This document shows, one piece after another, positions 55,001-64,000 of a DNA stretch of 64,000 nucleotides. The notes beneath the pieces were generated by a model, which was given only the letters and a program-made list of their open reading frames with translations, did not search any database and was not told the DNA's origin. The translations under genes and the position numbers were made by a program. Each line of letters opens with the position of its first letter. Position 1 is the stretch's first letter. Origin of the DNA: Acanthaster planci (Eukaryota); assembly GCF_001949145.1 (NCBI RefSeq), contig NW_019091355.1:2586646-2650645 (forward strand). The letters run 5' to 3'.

Positions 55001-55710
55001 ATGATTGTTCATCGCAAAATAAATTATTGTGTAGTCTGAGTGCTTTTATACAAAAAGATGGACTATTTCATCCAGCCGTCTTTTTCTTCAAGCATGATGT
55101 CATAGTAGAGATGTATGTTTTTATACAATGAGCATTAAATTTCAAAGAAAATTTAAGTATTAAGGGATTCTCCTGTTGCTTTTCATTGTTACAAGATTCT
55201 GTTAAAGATTTTTACGCGGCTGTTGCAACCTCTGATTCGTTTCGTCAGATGATATGTCAGATTTTGTCCGTCAGTATTCCATGGTGGTTTCATTTATGCT
55301 AACTGAAAGAATTACCCTTGGTTCTTACTTTTTGTTTCAGTGACAATGAAGTTTTGTTCATTTCCAGCATCACACTGTTAGGGTTGTAATTTCTCAGTCC
55401 TCCCCCCCCCGATTTCAGGCTGTTACAGTTCATTTGGAATTTTAAAGGGGTCAGCCATTCAGGTTTTGCTTTTGTTTTTGTACTTGGTGCTAAAACCCTA
55501 GATGGAGATTAACATACACGTAATCGTAGCAATTTGGAGGAGAATCCATGCATTGTAAGCTGCTTTAAAAGCCCTGAAGAATCACAGTATTTATTGTTGT
55601 CATTGTTACAACCCTTCTGCTAGATGTTTTATTGATTTCTCCTCATCCCCAATCTCTAAACTGAGGCGTTGCACTTAACCATCGCCCCCCGACTTTCTAT
55701 TTTCCATCAG

Positions 55711-55885
55711 GTGCCGCACCAACCTTTGCGAGAGAGCTGAAGGACAAGACCTACCTACCAGGGGGCCGTGCTACGGTGTCGTGCTCGGCGTCGGGCTACC
55801 CCTCGCCCAGGCTCACCATGATGAAAGACAATGTCACGTTATCGAAGGGGGCCATCAGGGGCATTTCCTACAAGAGCGGAAAAGG
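55711..55885 (+). CDS. Internal coding exon, N-terminal half of an I-set Ig domain (neuregulin/vein-like candidate)
   Basis: Acceptor ctttctattttccatcag| ends at 55710; donor |gtgagt starts at 55886. 175 nt, phase 1 to phase 2, open: xAAPTFARELKDKTYLPGGRATVSCSASGYPSPRLTMMKDNVTLSKGAIRGISYKSGK(G). Contains the I-set pattern P-x-F ... G-x-x-A-x-h-x-C-x-A-x-G-x-P-x-P. GC and CpG content are higher than the flanks. Confidence 0.9.
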
Positions 55886-56737
55886 GTGAGTGGTCATGTG
55901 ACTTCCGATTTTAGCCTGATCCCTCTGCCACCCCCCCCACCCACCAAAACATGAGAGGTTGGGACATCTTGTGAAAATAAGTGAAAAGGTTTGTTGAATT
56001 CCGTAGATTTTGATGGAGAACAGTGTTCGTAAAAGAGGAAAGAAAATAACTGTTTAAATTAAAAGTAGGAAATGAGCAATTTCTACGCAATGATAGCAAA
56101 CGCTAGTAGGCAAACTGGTTTAATCTGTTCTTGATTAATAAGAAGCATTCATATCAGAGCACTTCACTATTATCGGCCATCTTCATCAGATAGTCAGATC
56201 GGTTCTCTGCCATCACAGGTATCTTGGTTAGAAAAAGACAACTGGAGACCAGTGCTTTTACCTAGGAAACACCAGCACCGTTCATGGATTGAACAAGTGT
56301 ACACACAGGTGTACATGTGTGTACTTTGTTTTAGAGTTTCACAAATGACCACTGGGTTGCAATTTCCTGGATTTTTCAGGATTTCAGACACAAAGCCCTG
56401 CATTTCTAGAGCTTTAAAGTCATTCAGGTTGTGCCTTGGACTTGGGAAAAATGGGCAAAAAGCCATATGCTGGATTGACAAAATCACAGTCATTTTGGAG
56501 GGAACTCTTGCCTAGGGCATTAAAAGGAGTCGTGCAAAGTCACAGTGCTTTGGTGTAGTGGTATTCAACTCCTCAGCTGGATGTTACGTTGATTTCACTT
56601 CATCCTCCGATCTCACCCCTGAGACCATTGTAGCCAGCCTTTATGATCTGATAAGTTTCCCCCACTTAAAGAGAAGCATTTACTTTGTAGCTTCTACTGA
56701 TGAAGTGTTTGGGGTTTGTGTTAATCTTGAACTCCAG
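55886..56737 (+). other. 852-nt phase-2 GT-AG intron splitting the Ig domain
   Basis: Canonical GTGAGT...CAG boundaries; removing it gives a continuous Ig reading frame with both cysteines. Confidence 0.85.
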
Positions 56738-56847
56738 GGGCATCAAGTTAAAACTGAAGAACCTACAGAAAGCAGTTCACGAAGGAGTGTACGCGTGCAT
56801 TGCTGACAACGGGGTCCACCCCCAGATAATGACAAGTGCAACCATCG
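56738..56847 (+). CDS. Internal coding exon, C-terminal half of the same Ig domain
   Basis: Acceptor ...tcttgaactccag| ends at 56737; donor |gtaaga starts at 56848. 110 nt, phase 2 to phase 1, joins the upstream exon in frame (gg+g = Gly): GIKLKLKNLQKAVHEGVYACIADNGVHPQIMTSATI. Carries L-x-L-x-N-h and the G-x-Y-x-C-x-A-x-N Ig F-strand motif. Confidence 0.9.
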
Positions 56848-59799
56848 GTAAGAGATACATGTACATAGATCAGATCACTGTGTAGCCTATCCTATTGCTC
56901 CTGTCTATTATGAAAATCACACTTACCTTAACAAGCGGATAATCAGGTTTCTGGATATGTAGAACCACGCAAAAACGACCTTGCCAATTCGCGATGGCCA
57001 GAGCGATTCTTGCTGCTCTGTGTGTCCCACAAATGTTTCCACAGAGATCTGTAAATTCGCAACTTCAACGCGCAACTTCTGCGATCGTCCAATGGGAGCC
57101 TGTGAATCGTGGCGGGTCCGCCTTTGTGACGAAGTCACTTATGAACCGGATTGGGAGTCCTTGGAAAGTCCCAGTGTTTTATTGTTCTTGGTATGACCCC
57201 TCTGCCGTATATTTTGTGACTTTCTCTTCATCCTCCATCTTAAACCCGTCATTTCTTCATGCGTAGAATCTGTAATACATTGTGCATCCCTATTTGTCTC
57301 TGTTTTCCTCGGTCAAGGCACATTTCTTTGCACTGTCTGCATGCATTAGCCGATGAGCTTGTCTTTGAGAAGCCTTCTAGAATTCAGGGGGGGGTCAGCT
57401 CTGTTTATGGTATAAGCACGCAGTGCCATATTCTTTACACTTTGGACAGCATTTAAATGGACACAGGACCTTAAATCAATGTTATCTCAGAGCTAACCGG
57501 GGAAACACGATCATGGCCATTGGCTGTCTGATGCATCTGTTCGGGATCAGGTGGTCTCTCCCATTGGATGCGATAATTGCAAGTTTGAAGTCAATAATGG
57601 GCGACAGAACCAGAGGGAGATGAGGATTCACATCCCCCCTCCCAGTGTTTGAAATCATTTTTCCCAACTATTCAATTTACGTCCACGAAAACTGACAGAA
57701 ACGTACATGTACATGCAGCGTAATGGGCATTATTTTGGTTCACAAAATTCACCATCGATCTCTATGGTGGTGTATCCTTGGTTTTGAACTCTTGATGTTT
57801 GGTTGGCTCGTCTTCTGGCCACCCTTGACAAATCTTGAATTTGCCTGTCCGTGCCTTTTAGTTGCATCCAGAATAGATGTCTCAATGTGCATACCAAATT
57901 TAGAGGCGGGGGAAGCCATCAGGTAGCAGAGATTTTGCCCCGCCTTGTCAGAAGATGGGAAAGCGCTCTTGTAAGTTGCGGCTAATGACATGAAAACCTA
58001 CTCCTGTCTGTACTTGCGATACAAACAACTACACATGTAACTTGAGAGTTATACTGTCGCGGCTGAGTTTGCACGGCAGTCGCGGCTGCATGCAGAATGT
58101 CTCCAAACATAGCCCCGTTTTACAGGTAACATCGCGCGAAAGGGCACTGTGGTTATTAGTCTAGCTCATCCTTCTCAAAGATGAAACACCGCTGTCTCGA
58201 ATCTTCGGTGTTTGATTAACGGCTGGCGTCTGATCGGACAGCATAAACACTTGTCATTCCATGTGACCGTGGGCCCATCTCAGATCCATCAAGAGGCGGC
58301 CTAGGACGGTTGGCAGCACAGTGTGGATTTTAAAACGCGACCGTGTGGAATTGGTTTTTTTTTAATGGGGCATGCTTAAAACAGTGATAAGGTGGTGAAC
58401 ACGTAAATGGCTGCAATCAGACGTGGAGCATGTGCAGTGGAAGCTCCAAAAAGCTTCAGTCAGCTTTGCGTGGGAGCGGCATTTAAATTCTCGTGCCGGT
58501 ATTACCCAAAAAAGGTTTAGGGATTTTTTTTATGGCATTCAGTAAGGGCAGTACTTACATTAATTGCATACCAGCACCTTAGATAAACCACATGGGCATG
58601 GTAACTGTTTGTGTATATTTACCATATCCTTGATACCACTCTGATCATATTTGCTATTACAACACTGGTTCTGTGTTGGCGCTAGATATCATTTGTCAAG
58701 TTTGGTGAGTGATTACACAGTTCAGTTACTGTGTCCACCCATCATGTGAATGGAACAATCCATTGGTCAGTTTTATTTTTTTAACTCATTACATCATCTC
58801 ATACCACACAGATCTTTATCTCAAATTGAATTAAATTATCATCTTATTTCACCCTGTTGGTGTTATTGCCATGCGGCATTTGTATTTGGGGGTGGGGGGG
58901 ATGGCTGTGACCTTGGATGTGAGTCGGATGTTCAGATAGTTGCAGCAATGGCAAAGAGACATGCAACCGGGGAAGATGTGTCGGATGGTTGTCATTCTTG
59001 AGATGTTTTGCCGTGATCCTGCAGAAGGAGTTTGCTGGAAGTGTTGAGTTGAATGGGAATCAGACCGAAGATGGAAGGGATTTATAGCGACTTCTGATTT
59101 GAGGTTGAGGACCCTTTAATTTGAGGACACAGCTCAAAGTTTGTCCCCCAAAAATGAACCCCAAATACACACGAATTACTTTTCCTTACCATGAATTTGA
59201 GCATCCTTATTTATAAAACAGTAATGACTTTGATTCAGTCTTAAAAAATATAAAAACTGTGTGACAATTTGAAGCACATGTATGTTCATATGAAGGATGG
59301 AAACAATTTTCAGATTTTACCATGCGATCATTCTTATTAAAATTTTCACCAACAGTGTTGGGATTTCAAGAGTGAATTAACCAGATTTGGCCGGATTTTT
59401 TATGCATGAATGATACAAGACGTAATGCACTTGACATGCACAACTCCGGATCACTCTAATGATGTCATTCCTCCATCCCTAAGAATAGCTATGATGTAAT
59501 CAGCATGTGACTTGACGATATGAGTGCAGCAACTGCTCGAGTAAGCATTGGGGCATTTTTACAATACCTCAATATCAAAGCTGCCTGCTTCATTTCTTAT
59601 TTGCCCCTGGGTAGCCTGGCAGGCATCAGGCAAATCAATCACAAGGTCTTATGGTCAGATAACACAGTCTTGGCGTATGGGAGCCAAGCTACACATCCGT
59701 CCATTCAGAAACCAATATTACCTGCATCCAACACTGGTCTATTGTGGGCCGTCAGATGAGGCTGGGTCCAGTCCTGCTCCCGGAGAATTACTCAATAGG

Positions 59800-61012
59800 T
59801 GTGTGTGTGCCTAGGCTCGTGTACGCATATTTGAATCAGCGGTTAATACACTGAAAAGCAAACATTGGGCTCCTCGTCGGCAGAGGCAGCTGCGACTTAG
59901 CGAAGAGCGTCGAGATTAAAAAAAAAAACTCCACAGCCAATCAAGACTGAGGAAATTCTACGCCAGGGTGTGTGCTACCGAGTGGCGTTATTTGAGAACT
60001 GCCCGTCTGTTGGTAGACGGCGGGCTTATGAAGAGAGAGCTCGGAGGCTAAAAAAGAAAATATTTGTGCCGACAAGCAGGATTATGAATGGGACAGTAAT
60101 GTTGCAGTCGGACTCGGTCTATCAAACCGGCTGTTTTTTGAGAGATGGTTTTGTTCTGCCAGACACTAAAGAAACAGCCCGACATTTGTTGTGAAGCGCT
60201 GACCTGTAGCCGGCCACACAGAGGAAGTCTGCAGCCTCCACAAGCGTTTGGTGTTTGCAGTTTATGTCAGAGCTGTGTGCCTGTATCCCGTTGTTGAAGC
60301 ACTTTACCGACATTTCTGTACAGAAAGGCCGCCTTCAATAAACTGATGAACAGCATTTAAGAGGCAGCTTGCCAGCTAGTCTTTTGAGTTTGCCGATAAC
60401 AGGCTGTGAACGTGGACAGCTTTGTTTTATCGGTACCAGGAAGAACCTACTGCTGTCAGTCATATCCTGATAGCAGAACTTGGACATTGAGCCCCAGACA
60501 TTTCCTACAAAGTTACCTGGCCAAGTTGACATAGCTTGTAGAACTACCAGGTACACAGTTAACAACCGGTGGAGTACTTTGTACCCTCCAAACAGGCGCT
60601 GAGCTGAACGACGTCACGTTTCTGGGCACAACGTGTAATCACCTGACTGTTAATGAGTGCCACGCCAGTGCGTACTCAGAGGCAGAAATCACTGGATGAA
60701 CCAGCAGCCGTGTCCGTGCACCCAGACTGTAGTTGGATCGGAGTAGCGTCGTTGAAGAAGCACTTACTCCAGATAGAGACAGAAAGTTGGTCAGTTTGGC
60801 AGTTTGTAGCATCCAAACACTAAGCACCTGGTGCATATATCGGAGACCGTGGTCATAGATCACTGCTTCCTGAACATTGCTGTTGGCCTTTGATCCACAA
60901 CAAGCCATTTGCAGTTGGGAAAGTTAAGCCCCCTCGGTTTTGTGTCAGCTTAGGTTTGAGTACTGCGTTGGATTCAGTGTTTGACCAAGGGAAAAAACTC
61001 ACAAGAGCAAAT
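59800..61012 (+). promoter_or_regulatory. CpG-richer tract, possible internal promoter and long 5'UTR for the 61013 exon
   Basis: By eye more CpG than the bulk intron, CRE-like gacgtca at about 60610, no long ORF, lies directly upstream of the ATG exon. Boundaries approximate. Confidence 0.35.
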
Positions 61013-61202
61013 ATGGGGAGGTACTTCAACATCAAGAACGAAAAGGGAGTAGCCATCGCGCAACCCCCAAAGCGGACATTTGACACCATCTTCTCGTACC
61101 TCTTCAAAAGCATTATTGTCGTCTTCATATTGATAGGATTCATCTTTATCATAGTAACGGCAACTACCGATTGGACAATTCATGTGGTGAGCGAAAACAA
61201 AG
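61013..61202 (+). CDS. Putative alternative first coding exon: short basic N-terminus plus single transmembrane/signal anchor
   Basis: ATG in strong context (gcaaatATGg). Reads MGRYFNIKNEKGVAIAQPPKRTFDTIFSYLFKSIIVVFILIGFIFIIVTATTDWTIHVVSENK, then AAG|GTAGGA donor at 61203 in phase 1, the same phase as the second Ig exon donor. A competing phase-0 donor (GTG|GTGAGC) lies at about 61187. Confidence 0.6.
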
Positions 61203-64000
61203 GTAGGAACCAGTATGTTTCGAGAAGTTTATAGGAAATGACCCCCGCATGAAACCTTATCGATTAAAATAAGAAAACAATGTGTGTGTTGGTATTGCCA
61301 CTCTTAAAGAATTAGCTGTTCTTTATTTTAAATGGTTTTAGGTTTTGGAATGGAGAAGAGATGGCTCCACTGTTTTGTTAACTTGAACACGTATGCGTTG
61401 TGCTCTGAAATGTATGTACATGTAATTGAAAAAACCTTTTTATTCTTCTTGTATGCACAAAGAAAGCATTCTCATAATGGCTCTGATCATGTTTGGCATA
61501 GAAACTTCAAATGCCAAAGGCTTTTCATGCGGTAGAAGTTGGAGGTCTGTCCGTGAATAAAAGCAAACGTTTGTACCACCACTGCACGGGGGAGGGGAGT
61601 TGAAGGGAGTAAATACAGTGTGAAGTTTCTGAAGGGAAGAAAGAACGTGCTATCAAAGGGAAGAGTCTGGTTGACAAATCCGTGGAGACACCATAACTAC
61701 CAGACCGTGGTGGCACCATACTCTCACGTGCGTTCCTAAGCTTGTCGCTTTGGGCCAATTATGATACCCTGTTGGTTGAAGAAAAAGACAGCAACTTTCA
61801 AATTGCCTGTCTTTCATTTTTCCAGTTGCTGTTCTGCTTATTTCTATATGTCAGGGTCTGTTTGCTGTGAGACCCAAGGATTCAGGAGTATGTCTGATAC
61901 TTTACCAAAAAATATCAAAATGCTTTTGTCAATGTCTCAAGCCAGATATTTATCGATGATTAACCCAAATGTGCATGGATTCCAGCAAAGGATTTCCCCA
62001 GCCATGTTGGGGAAATCAGACACAAATTGCATACTTGACACTCATGTTTTGTCCGCTGTCTTGTCAAAAAAGTTGGCCTTTTGTTTTTCATTGGCAGATC
62101 ATGAGGTGACAGAAATTTTGTTTGGTCAAGTTTTATGCATCACAATTTTAACATGCTTTATGTATACATGTGTGATTTGTTTTTTTCAAGTTCTGACAGT
62201 TTGGTCGTCACATTTCATGTGTCCTAGGTAAAGTGATAACATTTTTTTTTTATTAACATTAGAGTCTTCACGTGCGGTACACATGTACATGTGGGATTTT
62301 TACTGCATTATCTTGTAATTATGTGGCCATTTTGTATACTTTATTCCAAGTGTTTGAATATTTTATTCTCAAATTGTATTTTTAATGGCAGCCATGTTTG
62401 ATGAGGATTGTCGTTATACTGATGTCTTTGGACAATTTGGGAACCCTTGAGGTCAAACTTACTTGTAATTTAGAATCCTGACAGCCAATTTCCATGTAAT
62501 CTGCCGTCTCTCCCCCGAGGGTCAATTTGTCAATGCGGCTTCAATTTCTCGGCAATGTTTTTTAAATGGATGAGCGGAGGGTATGCGCTGATCAGCAAAG
62601 ATGCGTTGTGGCATGCACGCTTTATTCGCCGAGAAACTTTTTGAAATGCAATTGCAAAATGTGCATTGGGAGGATTCATTTTTGCCAGAAACGGAAGCGT
62701 CTAGCCGCATCCATAGCCTGCCTCACATCTTGCACATTCCCAGACCCGAAAACCGTCTGGGATGTGTGTCATCTCCTGGCGAGGAAAACCAGTCCATTCA
62801 TGAGCAATGTTGTGCATGAAGTCTCGAAGGGTACAAATCGATTCTGGCATTGTCCCCTGGAGAACAGGGACACTCCATCATGACTCGTTGATTAAAACCC
62901 CGAAATATCTCCCATGGCAGAACACACAGCAGGGCCTCCCCGCGCGCCGAATTCACATGAGCACCACATCATCTTTTTCTCTATTCATTGCTGTCATCCG
63001 TATTGTAAATTTGACATGCATCGTACACTATAAGCAACATTTCTTGGGACTCAGCACCCCAGAATTTCCCTTTTATTGTCTTTCTGCTGCAAACAATCCT
63101 GCCAAAATTAACGTGATTTTTTTTCCCAAGTGTTTCAGGTTTTTTCCCGCTGTAGTTTATTCAGAGTGAGTTTATTTATTTTGTACATTTGCTCTCTCTG
63201 TGTCACAGACGTTACTTTTAAAGTTTCAACAAGTGAAAAAAAGGCACCCAAGGACACAATTTACATCCTTAAAAGGATCTTTTCTCAAAATATGTACATG
63301 TACATGTACGTCATCTCTTGAATTGAGCACACATGTTCCAAAAGAACATCAAGTGGATTCCAATGATCAGTTTGAGATGTGTGCCGTGTTCCCTCAGGTT
63401 TCTTAGCTGCAAATGAGTTGGAATATTTGGTGTGCCATTTGTCCTCTTTCAACTGGACATCATAACATTGCATTATAAAAATCAGTGTAACTCCTTTGGA
63501 AATATCTTATATCTGTGATGTGGAAAATACATTAAGCAATGGTAATGCTGTGTGTGCAGAAAATCATTCTCAAATCATGATATTCATTTTTCCCCGTTTC
63601 CACTTGACCATATTGGGGATGCTTCGATCTGAAGAGGTTCTTTTGCCGGACAGGTGATATTGGATGTTGTGATAGCGGCGTGATGCTGCACTTTTGGATG
63701 TGCGTGTACCAGTTTAACTGGCTCCCTCCAGTCGCCAGACATATCATGCAGGAGGACTTATTGGCCAATAATGAAGCCCCTTTTGCGTCGCGACGCTTGC
63801 CCGAGAAAGCGACCAATAACGGAGGAACTGCCGCTAGGGGATTTGCTAGGGGGCATATGATAAACGATCGGCTGTACCCTCCTGGTTTATGCTCCATAAA
63901 CCCTGATCTAGATTGCAGATAGTCTGGATCGATTGCTTAGAAACGACCAACTTTTTTCACTTTTACCGTTAACTGAAGAAAGTTTAGTTACGGTATCTGA

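Larger units (their letters stand above)
1..55710 (+). other. Very large intron (or intron series) upstream of the Ig exons
   Basis: The first Ig exon is internal (phase-1 acceptor, no start codon or signal peptide), and no convincing coding exon was recognised upstream in the window. The region is repeat-rich. Small exons could have been missed. Confidence 0.5.

Noticed and set aside
56981..57196. Cys-rich ORF as the expected EGF domain (also 62566-62883)
   Set aside because: Cysteine spacing does not fit EGF, there are no GG-x-C or G-x-R-C motifs, and no suitable splice sites.
63131..63165. Microexon ending at the GTGAGT donor at 63166
   Set aside because: Candidate acceptors give a stop or a frame shift in phase 1, and the following intron would be only 43 nt.

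Overview
Eukaryotic genomic DNA, mostly non-coding, probably from a marine invertebrate (moderate GC, strong excess of the palindrome TACATGTA). Nearly all listed six-frame ORFs are noise. The only well-supported gene content is on the + strand near the right end. Two GT-AG exons (55711-55885 and 56738-56847) splice in frame into one I-set immunoglobulin domain with intron phases 1/2/1 and a split point resembling neuregulin/vein-type ErbB ligands. About 4 kb downstream, behind a CpG-richer tract, is an ATG-initiated exon-like segment (61013-61202) encoding a basic N-terminus, a single hydrophobic anchor and a phase-1 donor. This looks like an internal alternative first exon, analogous in position and topology to the NRG1 type III exon. 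No EGF exon was found in the window, so the neuregulin assignment is inference. The first ~55 kb appears to be one very large intron. It contains MITEs (two hAT-like with perfect 8-bp TSDs, a TA-flanked foldback, a MULE-like foldback, a tiny piggyBac-like hairpin), paired interspersed repeats, tandem duplications, possible decayed retroelements and a cluster of RFX X-box motifs.
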